Both the position numbers and the translations under genes were made by a program. Positions 51,599 through 64,000 of a stretch of DNA of 64,000 nucleotides are shown here, piece by piece. Below the pieces are notes generated by a model. That model saw only the letters and a list, made by a program, of their open reading frames with translations, was not told the origin of the DNA and did no database searches. The first letter of the stretch is position 1, and each line of letters begins with the position of its first letter. The stretch is from Rhina ancylostomus (lineage: Eukaryota). The stretch covers positions 13,220,926-13,284,925 of the forward strand of contig JARFYF010000056.1 of NCBI GenBank assembly GCA_030265395.1. Reading direction: 5' to 3'.

Positions 51599-54500
51599 CT
51601 GTAAATAACAAAGTGGGAGGAAAAGAAAGCATTTTAAAAATGCAATNNNNNNNNAACTCAGATAAAAGGTATAGTTCCGTATGGCAGAACACCGTAGTAG
51701 CTCACCCAGGAATTTAGCCTTTAAAATCACATGCATACCAACCAACTGCTGGAGGTCCATTGGTGTTCCCATGGAATGGTACCATATCAATAAGCAAATG
51801 CCTACTTGAGACATTGATTACAGAAGTAGGGAGATTACAATGAACTATAAAATAATCAATAAGCCACAAATCCAATACTACACTCAGTCTGGTCATAACC
51901 TTCTCGGAAGAGGGTGTAGAAGAANNNNNNNNNNGCTAGAATTGAGGGATCTTAGCTACCAGTTTAGACTGGGGAAGCCAGGGTAGGTCTCTGTAGTGAA
52001 GACCCAAGAGAAGATGCAATAGTGTGCAAGATCACAATGAGTCTGGATTAAGTAAATAAAGAAAAGCTGTTCTTGTTGGTGGGTGGTTCAATGAGCAGGG
52101 GGACACAAATTGAAGGTGATGTTTTCTCGGGTTCCCAGACCTTATGCCGGTAGAAATTGTTAAAGTATAAAAGAGAAACTAGGGACAGTCATAATTTTGA
52201 AAAGATTGTTTAACCTTCTCTGCTTTAAGTAAAATGACCCCAACTTCTCCAGTCTCACTAACTAGTTAAAGTTTTCACTACTGGTAGCATCCTATTAACT
52301 CCAAGATCACTCCTAGAGCATGGTGCCAGAATTAAAGGCAATGATCTAAATGAGATTTAAAGATCTGGCACACACTGCTTTTATACTTATTAACAGAGTC
52401 AAGGATCCTACATTTTTTTTTAAAAAGTAGTCTTCTCAACTTGTTGCCATTTCAGAAATTTGGATACAACCTCATGAAGGTCTTTCTGCTTCTGCATCCC
52501 TTTTCATTTTGTACTACCTCAAGGTACTTATGGAATGATCTGTCTGGCAAACATACCTTTTCACTGTATCTTGGTATATTTGACAATAATAAACTAATTA
52601 TCACTTCTTTCACATTCCTTATCAAAGTGTATAATTGCAGTCCACATCCTTCTACAAAAAATATAATCTGTTGCATGCCGACCATTTTACTCATCAATTT
52701 GTCCTTCTGAATCTGCTACTGACCTCCTCATTGTTTACTACAGACAAGTTCCATATCACATGCAAACTTTGAAAATACATCCTTTATCCCCGAGTATAGG
52801 TCAGTAGCATATATAGAAAGATGGTATCTGACTATTAATCCCTTTGGCACACTATTGTACAGTTCTTTCCAGTTCGTTATATATCTCTTAACCAATTTTG
52901 TATCCTGTTAATATCATTTAGTTACGCAAATAAAATTTATGATGTTGTACCTTATCAACCACCCATGGCAAGTTCACACTTGTTCACTATTGCACGAGTT
53001 GTACTTCCTGCTTCGAAATACTTACTTCATCAACAACTTGATTATGGTGTCAAAAAAAATATTTGCCTTTAACAAATCTATGGTGCCTCTGAATTATAGC
53101 CCACACTTTTAAGATGTTAATTCTCTTTGTCCTCCAAGATTTGTATCCAAGATTTTCCAGCCATCATTAAAAACTGACTGCCATATATTTCACGTTTATT
53201 CCTCTTTCCCCTTTGCTGAAAATGTGTGAACAAGTGCACTCTTCCAGTTCTCTGGCCCCATCCCCAAATTCAAAGGCAACTGGACAAGAGCAGCACCAGT
53301 TTTACTTGTAAAATGCCATTTTATTCAGGACTTCTAACATGTACAGAGGCAGTCTTCCAGTTACACAATCGGGAACTGAACCTGTAACCTAGAAATGAAA
53401 AATCAGTATTCCCATAGCAGCCTCAAATCCACTTTACAACTTTCCAGTACTAACTTACCTTGGGCAAACAACTCATTTGGGTTGGCGCTGATCTTGAAAA
53501 TGGCCTGAGCAAACCAAGACGCGTTGTTTTTGATAACTGGCCCACTTTGTCAGCAAGGTTGGGAGTAATTTGCTTTGGTCGTGGAACCAGACCCAGGTCA
53601 CCTACTTTATAGTGGGACAGAAGGCCCAATCCTTTGACAGCAGAAGAGGCAGAACCATGTCTGTGGAGAAAAGGGGTTTTAAAGATGGAAAGGAGGGGCA
53701 GACAAGACAATTGTTAATTATACTGCTATAGCTCTTTGCAGATTACTGCCAACTAAATAAACCAACTCTGAATGACAGAGTGCTGGCCTAAAGAGGGTGA
53801 AAACAAAACCTGGTAAAACATCTTGGATTTGATTCACGTACTTACCTAGTTCATTAAAACTAATGGTCTCAGGTCTAAGGCAAAGGCAACAGGATAAAGT
53901 TCAGCAGGACTTCAGATTCTAGACTGCTATTAGTGATTCTCCATGGAAACTTGCAGTCAGTGGCTGAAACCCATCATAAAAGAGCGACAAGAAATTATTC
54001 TGTTGAATTTAGAGGGATGGAATTTTGAATGTACCAACTGAATGAACTTCAGTGCAAGTTAGTCCAGATCTCAGGATCCCATACAACTGTGCTTCTGTTA
54101 CCAGCTAAGTAAGCCACTATCGTGGGGATAGGCAGCAGCTGTTTGACCAGATCAGTGCTGGAGCAAGTGGCAAACAGGCACTCCTGCTGTGGTGCTCCTT
54201 TCCCTTGTGTTTTTCTGCCATGCTAATTTCCCAGTGACAATGGACAATGAAGACAATAGGGAGTCAGACTGGACCAAGTGCAAATGTCAGGCTTTCCACC
54301 TAATCCTGCATTGTGAACTGGGTGAAAACAACCCTTGTTCCATGTAGCGATTGGAATGTCTGCTTGGGAGAGGTGCTTGAGATCTTGCTAAACCCATACA
54401 ATACTCCTCAAGATAAAAATCAGCGTTCGATCAAAAAGGCCCAAATTGTAAAGAGAAACAATTACTTGGACCCAAGGAGTATAATGAAAGGTATAGTAAT

Positions 54501-57500
54501 TACCCAAGACTCTAGAAGATTTACACAATTTCAGGCAGTGATTTTTAATATCATTTGCAAAGGATTAGATAAAGTAAATTATGAGACCGTCATGCATCTC
54601 TAATTGTAATGCGTTGATTCGTGCTCTTGCTGAGAGTTCAGAACTACCTGAGGTTTAATCCCCATGTTGTGTTGAATGAGTTGATCTCAGGTAAAATGGA
54701 GATGGGATGCAAAAAGCCAGCTGGAGCCAAATCAAGCCAGTTTATGTCTCCACAGCAGAGCAAGGCTATTGATGTTCACATCCTTGGCTCATAAACAATT
54801 AGGAGTAGCTTGGGTGACATACCACAGGACTAATCCAGCATGAAACAGTGGCTTCATGCCAAGGAAGCAAATAGAAGGGAATCAAGGAGCCTCAGAATGA
54901 GGATATACTACAAAAAAAATGATGAACATCCTTTTTGGAAAAAAAAACAGCAAATGCAGGCAGAAAAATCTAGTAAAATAAATCTAACTACACCTGGATT
55001 AAAAGTTAGACTCCACGTACCTTTCTGCTATATTCCCTGGCTTATGTTCTATGATAGGCAGCTCCCTGTTGATAAATTCCACTGGTGGAGGCCCGAGACC
55101 AAGTACAGCTGCATTGTTCAGTAAGAGCAGCAGTTTCTGCATCATTTGACTTCGATGAGTATACACTGCCATCTCAGAATCTGTCTTGTCTACTCTGATG
55201 GTAGGAGAGCTTTCATCGGCACATTCTGTGCTATCCTGTAGAGAAAAGGTCCTGTAAAATCAGATTATACTCAATAAATCCATTCCCAATTCTTGAAATT
55301 TTTGAAGCATCAATTGCGGAGGTTTCAAAATTCTATCCAAGAATGCTGGGATTTATACCATGGAAAGAATATTAAGGACACCAGATAAATTATTAAAAGG
55401 CAACAATTATTAAAGGCAACAATGCTGTGAACTAACTTTTTTTAAAACAAAAACTTTGGAATCATTGAGTAAGCAAATAGTTGGTGGATAAGGATTAATT
55501 GAAAAAATAAGTAACAGAGGCTGTTCAGTTATAGTTACTAAACATTAAATTATTGCTGACCATACATTTATAACTGAAATGTGGCCAAAATGATATAAAT
55601 TTCCAGAGAATAATTTATGATCACACTGCTAAAATAGCACAGAATGTACTCTGGATAAGGGATTTCAATTTCCATCACCATCAATTGTTCAGTGGAACAC
55701 TGACCAGGCTGGTAAAGTCCCAGGGGGCAAAATTATCACCTTGGGTCTTCGTCATGCGATGTGTGAATCAATAGAAGGAATAAACCTACTTGAATTCATC
55801 TTCATTAATTCACCTGTTGCAAATGTATCAGTTGGGATAGCATTGGTTGGACTGACAAATTATGGTCAAGCAGACAGAATTCCAACTTCAAAACCTCTGC
55901 CATCTTTTAAGTTATCAACATCCTGCTAAATGAGGCAGATTTGGAACACATCTGGTAGCTCAAAATTTGGCTACTGTATGGGCCATCGATGGTCTCAGAA
56001 TTGTATTCCAGAGCAGTCTGTGACCCAACAGCCTACTACGTCCCACGCTATAACACCAGCAGACCAAACCCGATTCACTAGTAAGTGTAGCATGGCAAGC
56101 TGGGAGCAGCACCAGGTATACCCTAAAACAAGGAGGCAACCTGGCAAAGCTGCAACACACGACTGCACCCATGCTGCACAGCAGAGGTAGCATGCAAAAG
56201 ATTGTCAGAAGTCACATAAGCAGCAGTTGCTTATGTTCAGATCAAAGCTCCACCACCCACAGAACACTACAGGACAGTACAGGCCCTTCGGCCCACAATG
56301 TTGTGCAGACATTTTATCCTGCTCTAAGATCTATCTAACCCTTCCCTCCCNNNNNNNNNNNNNNNNNNNNNNAATGATCAACAGTCAAAACTACCCAAAT
56401 GGGTGATCCATCATCTCATTTCCACTCAAGATCTCCCCATTACCAAAGCCAGTCCTCAGCCAATTTCATTCAGTCTATACAATGGACACAGCAGATGTTA
56501 TGGGATTAGTCAACATCTTATCTGTAGAGCCAACGACATTTACTTCAGAACCAGCCAGGCTACCAGATAAGAACTCTGGCATAATACTCCACGGAGTCCG
56601 TTTCCTGTCTACAACGAGTAGGACAAACACAAGTCATTCTAATGATTCCCCCAGTCAGTCTATTCCATTAAAGGAATGGAGGAAGACATCAGTGCTATCA
56701 ATCCAAATTGAGCACATGTATGCCAATAAACAGCTCAGCAATACTTTGTCTGGGTTTCTCTAGTCACAGTCACGATGAAACAACCAAGAAAGTGTTAAAT
56801 TCCAGAGGTGTGGCAAAAGGCATTGCCTTAGATGTGAACAGCTTTTGACCAAGTTTGGCAGAGTAAAAATACAAGCAATGGGAATCAAGGGGAAAACTAA
56901 CAGCCAGAATTATACCTGCAAGAAAAGGAAGACAGTTGTGGTTGTTGGAGATTAATCTTCTCAAACCAGAATGGCCATCTCCAAAAGGAGTCTAATAATC
57001 CAGCCTTGATATTAAACAATAATCAGTGGATGGGGGTTTGGAAACATTTGACGTAAACGTTAATTGAATCAGCCACATAAATCCTGTGGTGCAAGATCAA
57101 AGGTTGGGGAAACTGAAGAAAGTCATTCACTTCCTGACTTCTATAGTCTTTCTACCTGCAAGGCAGCAGTTAGGGGTTTAGAGTATTATATGTTCAGTAT
57201 TATCATGCAACTCAGTATTGCCTGGGACAAAACTACCTGCTTGATTGATACTCACTTCCTCCACCACCAAACCATGACTCCAGAGTGCATCATTTACAAA
57301 ATGCCATCCAGTTACTTGCAAAGACTACCTCCTAAACCTGTGACTTTTGTGAGAAGACCACCATCTAAAGATTTTCTTCTAATTCACACACCACCCAAAC
57401 TTGGAAGGAAACATATTGCTATTCTTTCATTGTCATGAAAGTCTAACTTTGGATTTACTGTTTAACCAAACAGCACTCCGCAAATATCTCAAAGGACAGC

Positions 57501-60500
57501 AGCAATTCATGGCAGTTCGTTGCTGTCTCAAGGGTGTTTAAGAGGTAAGCAAAAATACTGGTGTTGCCAGTAATGTCCAGATCCCATAAAATCGTCTGTT
57601 AATGTATTAGCCCTTCCATACTTCCAGCAAGACAGGGAGCAGGGCAAACCCTACAAGTTGCAGAAAGTTGCTATTCACTGACACACCCCAATTAGATCAT
57701 TGTTTAACTGCTCATCTGCCACATGGTGGCACCATTAGGTTTTGCAGATGAATTATAGGGCACAAAGCTTTTCAGCATCCTTCCAAAATTTCAAGACCAA
57801 CGGCATTTTAAGTACTTTGTACAGGTGATCCCCATGTTATGGGAGAGGGAGCTGCCTTTCTAAAATAACAATCCATATTGCTGATTTTCCATAATGCTGA
57901 AAGCTGCATTATCTGCACGTCAAAGAGTTGAAAAAAAGTTGTTCAATTACATTCCACACACACCTCCCTCCCCACTTCACCCCCACACCCAAATTCAGTG
58001 AGAGTGAATTTTATTCTGCATCTCAAACTTTTGGGCAGCGATTAGTGAATTCTGCAAAGACAAATTTCCATTATGTGAATGGCTATAATTTGGTGGCGGA
58101 GGGCAGGTTGTCTATAAAGGGGGCTGGGGATTGGAGGCAGCTGAAGGTAAAAAGATGGCAAGGTACTATCCCATTAATTAACATGGTAGGGTGATTTTAA
58201 TAAGATCTGATAGATCAAAACATGAGAGTGAATTTAAGATATTTGCAAAGTGTGTTAAAAAGGATAGAAATACTTTGTTCTAAAGGAGTTAGAACAAAAT
58301 TATAAACTGCAAAGAATCTGCACAAGAGACATAGTTTTTTTTAAACGAAAGGAACCATTGAATTGAAGCTAGCCTTGTGACTGTGGTCAGTAATTGGTTG
58401 GATGGCAGGTGTCAGCACTGTAGGACTGAAAGGTTCATTTCCTCTGTAGGCTGGGATGTAACAAGTGGCACTCCTCAGTAATCAGTATTTGGGCCTCCCT
58501 CCACGTATATGTTTTGATGATGAGAAAGAAGGAACTGAGAATTGTTCACCCAAAATTGTAAGACACCACCAAGTTAGGAGGAACAATAGTTTTGTGGAAT
58601 AAAGAACAAGCAAGAAGGACATTAACAGCTAAGTGAGTGGGCAAAATTATTCAGACAAAATTCATTATGCAGAAATGTTTGGTTATTCAACTTGGATGCA
58701 AAGTAGGGAGCTAAAACCCACAATATTGTCCGTAGGTTGAATGAGAGTAGAAAAGTTTTTAAAAAGTGCCCTTCAAAAAAAAAATGCTAAACCATATACT
58801 AATGCCTCAGAAAAACAGCATCACCATTGGCCCTCATCATTTGATACAAGAGACAGCCAGTCCAAGTGGAATTTGTATAGAACAAAGGAGGGAACAGCAA
58901 AAGTGGGCATTGGATTTTAAATACCTGAAAAGCACTGGAAAAGAATATCNNNNNNNNNNATTTAGGACCAACCTTCACTTAATATAACCACTGTACTAGG
59001 TTTGACTGGATACTGCCATGAAGTATCAGCCTCACACAAAGCCCAAGTTTTTTTAAAATTCAGCTTACTTCATCCAAAATCATAATAAAATAGACCTCAT
59101 CCCTAATACTTGGAGAATTTATCTGCTATGTTTTTCTCTTTTATTAAGCCATTCCAAAAATTGAGTATTTTGTGTCTAAACTGCACTTCAGAAAAGATTT
59201 ATCTGAAGACCATTATGTGAAGGGTGGTTATTTTCAAAACCACAAAAGGAGCAGTAAATGAAATGCCTCCTTATTGGGATGAATGTGGAGTGCAATAAGG
59301 GTGGGGCAAATAAAAGATCAACCAAATGTTGGCCTCTTCCTCAGTCTCCCACATGGATTTTTGGTTTAAATTGAGGTCCAAGGCCTACAGTGGGTCTCTT
59401 CCAAACAGCTGCAGTATATTTCATGTTAATGCAAAGTATGGACACTGATTCCAGTTGACATAAAATTCTTGGAACAGATGTGGAAATAGTCTCAACAAAC
59501 AGGAAACCAAAATGCTTATTTGCAGTTGGGCAGAGAGAAGCACCCCAAAATAAGCTTGAAAGGGGGTGGGTTCAAATCATGTGCAGTGCAAATGACTACA
59601 TTGACAAAGAGTACATAATTGTTTAGTTTGTGTTACTTTGCACAGACTGTGCAAGTTCGTAAGGAACAATAAACTAGCTCCAGCTGTTCCAGCCTTTAAA
59701 CTCAAGAGATCCCCCCCTCCCCCATTACCAAATTACACATGGTTCTCATTTAAACTAATTTGAGGAAGTCTTTGAGTTGAAGAGATTCAAGGTTTAATTC
59801 CAAAAGGAAGAGTAACTTAATTAAGGTGCATTTTTCTGCACACATTGAATCATACTACCATTTGGTTCTAAGGACACTGCCAGCCAAGTCCAAGCAACTT
59901 CATGAACTACAAGTTTTAGCAGGCTATTTGTTCATGGGATGCTGCATCACTAAACACAAACTTGTCTTCCTTGGACATCTGTATGCACTTTAAAGCAGAG
60001 ATCAATAAACATCATTCAGGAGCAAGAACCTATAACAGGCAAAGGATGCAAATGCTTTTTGTAGTATTCTGATCAATGGCAATTAAATGGATTAAATCTG
60101 ATATTCCCACAACTCTCAGTAGCATCTACTTCATACCACCAAGGTCAGAAGCCTGTGATAAGGATAAGCTATGGGGCCATAACTGTAGCAGACTACACGA
60201 CTGAGCAAAACCAAATATTCTGAAGGGCATAAGCACTCACCAGCTTTTGAAAAAGATGCCACACATTTATTATCCAAAGGTAATAATCTTAGAACATAGA
60301 ACAGTACAGCACAGGAACATGCCCTTTGAATGGAAGCAGCTCTCTTACCAGCAGGGCATCCTTCAAAACACAGGCAGCATCAGAGAGGATTTTCTCCACC
60401 TGCTTTCTGCGCTTCTCCTGTTGCTCCATGGAGGCCTTCTGATTCTCCAGATGAGATTGTTTTGTCTCCAGCTCCTTCTTAAGAGATGTTACTTCATTCC

Positions 60501-63500
60501 TGAACATCACACAAAAGGAGATAACAGCGTTCTTTGAACAAAATTAGTCAATATTAAATTTCAGTAACTCCAACGTCCTACAGTTAAGCAAGACCAAAAC
60601 CACTTCAAATTACCACATGCTAATCCGCCTTCAAGTATTAAAGTTTAACTCTCCCCACCAATCCTTGGGTTGATCAGCTTGGTTCCCAAAATGTACAGAA
60701 ATTAATTACCAAATTTAAGACCCTGATACTGAAATGTCAGATTATGTTATAGATCTCAAGGAGCCATGGATGAATAATGCAGTGCAATTAACTGCATACG
60801 CTTTTTTCGTTCATTGTATTGTTGCTAATTGTTAACTATTGAATTGTCCTTTAGACAAGAACATGAAAATATTACAGGTTCTGGAAATCTGAAATAAAAA
60901 AAAACACTAAAACATTTAGGAGGACAGATAAGAGTTCTTAACTGAAGAAATACTCCTCATTTTGTTACAGTATTAATTCATTTGGTCTCTGGGTTTAATG
61001 CAAGAATTTCTTGAAGAGTTGATGCCAATGAAAAGCTAGAGCAAACCACTGTTTTATCCAATGACTTAATGTTTATTCCATTAGTGTCAACTATCAATTC
61101 CCTCATTTTGTTGCCTGGATATTAAATAATGACACACTACGTTTCATAGGAGAGAAATCTCTTGCTTGTAGAAGAGACTTTTGGGAGCAAGTCAAACTAA
61201 AACTTTAGGAAGCCAGCTTAAAAAAAATGTTAAACTCATTGTGAAGCTCACTTCTCTAATCTCTTGATGTTTAGTTGCCAGAAGTTTCAAATACCTTAGA
61301 GATTCATTCTGAGCCTCAAGATCTTTTATTGTCAACTCAAGTTGTTGAACCATCTTTTCTCTCTGCGTGCAGCTTTCCAGTGACTTCTGCTGCTGTTTGC
61401 ATTTCTCAGTCAACATTTGAATAATCTGAAATTCAATCAATAACATTCTGGTTAAACATAGAGAAGAAACTATTGCCATGGTTAGACCAATACATATACA
61501 GCATATAAAAAGAGAAGTGAGCATTCCTCAACAACCTCAACCCTACAGAATGAAGGTGGTAAATGTTCTGCCAATTGCATCATTTGAACTGCATGTGGCT
61601 TTGATTTTCAAAAGGCATTTGATCCAAGTAGCAAATATCAGAATTGTTAGGAAAACTGAACACCACAGGGCTAAAGAGATAGTGGCAACGTAGGTACAAT
61701 ATGAACAGGCAGAAAGTAGCAATGTTTTACAGATTGGAGGGAAATGTACAGTGTACAATGGGTCCAGGGTGATAACCAAGGCATTGCAATAATCCAATTC
61801 GTATATTTTGGGCACAATTTCCAAGATATGGGAGCAACTAAAACTGTCACACAGAAGTGTGAGTAATGAATTGCAGAAACACAAACTAAATGGTACAATT
61901 TAGAAAGTATGTGAGACAGAAAAATAGAACTTGAGAAAAATCCTATATAGGAGGTATAAAGTGAGAAAATTATGCTAACTCTACAATTCGCTGGTCAGCC
62001 CCCAGTTTAAGAATCAGCCGCAATTCTGGACTGTTTTTCTGCAGATCAATGGAAGCTAAGAATGGTGCCTCCAAACAAGAGGAAGGTGGGGAAATTTAGA
62101 GATGTTCAAAAACTTGAGTTTTGATGAAGTTATTAGAAGGCTTGTGTTAATTGGCAAAGAAGTCAGGTAATGAGCAGGAAAATTTCTATTCTTGCAGCAA
62201 GATAAGATGGTCTTCAGTTATTTATGGCCCATTCCCAAATCCTTGTAGTCTGTCTGGTAAAAACACTCCCACTCCTCAGCATTCCCTTCTAACTATATGC
62301 AGCTGTGCCATCAATTCTGATTGGTTTCACGGGATGCAAATGGAAAATCAGATGATGCATTTCTGAAAGGATGATCAAGTCAGGCTATTGTTTGGCTGAA
62401 TGGATGTATTGGACAGTTCTCCCAATTCTGCCACATATTTCTCCGTAAGTAGAGAAAAGGACTTTGCAGAACTGGGATGCCTTTGCCACATCAGATACCA
62501 TGATAGGTCTGATCTAATTCTTAGTTTTGCTTCGCCACTGTTTCCAAACCTCTGGCACTGATAACTGAGGAGGTTGCAGGTAAATAGGAAATATCACTAC
62601 AAGCTCCATTCCAAGGCATACACCACCTTGAAGTGGATGTACATCAGTATTCCTTCATCATTGTCAAGGGCTTGAAACTCCTTACGTAACACCATTCGCA
62701 GTGCTGTTAGGTACCATTGCCACGGGAATGCAGCAACTCAATGATGGTGGTTTGTGTAGGGGCAATTAGAGATGGGTACAAAATATTGGCCTCGCCAACA
62801 ATGACTCCATCAGGAGAATGATTTTTTAAAAAATTAGTCCTCTGCTAAACCACTTCAGAGGGCAGCTAGGAGTCCCCTACATAGATCTGGAATCATGTAG
62901 GGGTCAGAACAGCTTGGCAGGTTTCTTTTCTTTTTTATTCAGTTATGAAAATTCCCAGCTACTATCATGGGATTTGAACTCAAGTCTCTGGATCAAGTCA
63001 AAACCTCTGGATTACTAGCTCAATGATAAAATCATGCAGCTGCCATAACCAAGGTTTCCGATTGCCCAGATTGCACAAGGGGAGAACATTTCAGGGCTAT
63101 GAAGGGGGGGGGGGGGGGGAAAAAGTGTGGCGTGGGTTAATTGGACGGGTTTTAAAGCATNNNNNNNNNNNNNNNNNNNNNNNNNNNNNNNNNNNNNNNN
63201 NNNNNNNNNNNNNNNNNNNNNNNNNNNNNNNNNNNNNNNNNNNNNNNNNNNNNNNNNNNNGGGGGGGAAAAAGTGTGGAGTGGGATAATTGGACTGGTTT
63301 TAAAGCATGACAAGCCTCAGTCTGTGCTGCAAGATTCTACAATTTCCCTCCCGAAAGTCCTGAAAAGCCATCCATCATGACCCTGCTTCTGTTCACATCC
63401 ATTTATCTCTTTTTTGGCTCAGCTACACACAACTTAAATAGTTTGTGTAAAAAGTGCTGTATAAATACAAGATGTTGTATACAAACAAACTCTTCCCTTT

Positions 63501-63809
63501 CTGCACTCACTTAAGTATCTCCACCCAGAGAAAAACCAAACCTTTAAGTTGCTGAGATTCTTTCTGACCAGCTCCTTCTGACTTTCCTCTAAGATATTAA
63601 TGTTTCTCCACTGCTTCATAGCTTCCATTTTCAGTTCATCATTCTCTTTGATTATTTTCATGCTTTTATCCGACATCTTTCCCAGCTGGTTGCTAATGGA
63701 TACATTTTCACGTATGGCTCTTTTTGTTGTTTCTGCCACTTGTTTCTTTGAAATACGACGGAACTCTGCAGCCACAGCATTCACCCGTGTAATCATCTCC
63801 TTCTTTAAT
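51500..63809 (-). CDS. CFAP157: Cilia- and flagella-associated protein 157 (C9orf117), 3' part; 6 exons in window, 5' exons beyond 64000
   Basis: Join (minus) 63809-63542, 61425-61295, 60499-60349, 55235-55021, 53660-53459, 51598-51500; phases consistent. Coiled-coil protein with RLKKEMITRVN..AEFR..ETTKRAIREN and YK.GDLGLVPRP motifs recognised as CFAP157. Confidence 0.9.
52200..53260 (-). mobile_element. Degenerate CR1 LINE RT region
   Basis: aagtttgcatgtgat (KFADD-like) on the minus strand, plus CR1-like 3' motifs. Confidence 0.55.
53459..53660 (-). CDS. CFAP157: CFAP157 penultimate exon
   Basis: ctccacag|(R)HGSASSAVKGLGLLSHYKVGDLGLVPRPKQITPNLADKVG...MSCLPK|GTAAG; 202 nt. Confidence 0.9.
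55021..55235 (-). CDS. CFAP157: CFAP157 internal exon (not in the ORF track)
   Basis: tctctacag|DSTECADESSPTIRVDKTDSEMAVYTHRSQMMQKLLLLLNNAAVLGLGPPPVEF...GNIAE-AG|GTACG; 215 nt, phase 0/2. Confidence 0.88.
55600..57600 (+). mobile_element. Degenerate CR1/L2-clade LINE (endonuclease to RT to 3' end)
   Basis: VLW.RDFNFHH (GDFN-like), MDTADVMGLVNI (KAMGPDNI-like), GIKGK, and a family-typical 3' tail. Confidence 0.7.
60349..60499 (-). CDS. CFAP157: CFAP157 internal exon
   Basis: gttcag|(R)NEVTSLKKELETKQSHLENQKASMEQQEKRRKQVEKILSDAACVLKDALL|GTAAG; 151 nt. Confidence 0.92.
61295..61425 (-). CDS. CFAP157: CFAP157 internal exon
   Basis: tttcag|IIQMLTEKCKQQQKSLESCTQREKMVQQLELTIKDLEAQNESL-AG|GTATT; 131 nt. 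Confidence 0.92.
63542..63809 (-). CDS. CFAP157: CFAP157 internal exon
   Basis: ttcctttag|(R)LKKEMITRVNAVAAEFRRISKKQVAETTKRAIRENVSIS...LVRKNLSNLK|GTTTGG; 268 nt. Confidence 0.93.
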
Positions 63810-63834
63810 CTAAAGGAATAATGCAGTCGGTGAC

Positions 63835-64000
63835 AGATACAGTCAATCCACTTTCTGCAGATCCTTGTTATGGCCTTGCACCTTATTATCTGCCTGCACT
63901 GCATTTTCTCTACAAAACTTTATTCTGCATTCTGTTATCGTTTTCCCTTGTACTACCTCAATGCACTGTTGTAATGAAATGATCTGTATGGATGCCACAC
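63835..64000 (+). mobile_element. Rex1-like LINE 3' tail, runs off the window
   Basis: ggccttgcaccttatt...ctgcactgcattttctct...ttgtactacctcaatgcactgttgtaatgaaatgatctgtatggatg. Confidence 0.65.

Overview
Vertebrate nuclear DNA. The repeat content (HE1-type V-SINEs, Deu-domain SINEs, LF-SINE-like, CR1/L2, Rex1, Tx1 and Penelope remnants) points to a cartilaginous fish, probably a batoid; that is an inference. The assembly is gapped, with about 22 N-runs. The window holds two convergent protein-coding genes. RALGDS lies on + as 18 coding exons (1794..44063, about 807 aa; every visible junction is GT-AG and phase-consistent; the end of exon 15 is hidden in an N-run). The last six coding exons of CFAP157 (C9orf117) lie on - (63809..51500), and its 5' exons are beyond the window. 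Most other ORFs in the track are spurious or repeat-derived. I see no clear wholly new system. The best leads are: minimal hammerhead-ribozyme relics in Penelope-derived palindromic elements, a near-perfect 36-bp intronic hairpin, RFX X-boxes and a CTCF-like site around the ciliary gene, three tightly spaced miRNA 8mer sites just after the RALGDS stop, two NAGNAG acceptors, a decayed Gypsy pol in intron 1, and a RALGDS-CFAP157 adjacency that differs from human. Human comparisons and repeat family names are from memory, not from a database search. Repeat boundaries are approximate.
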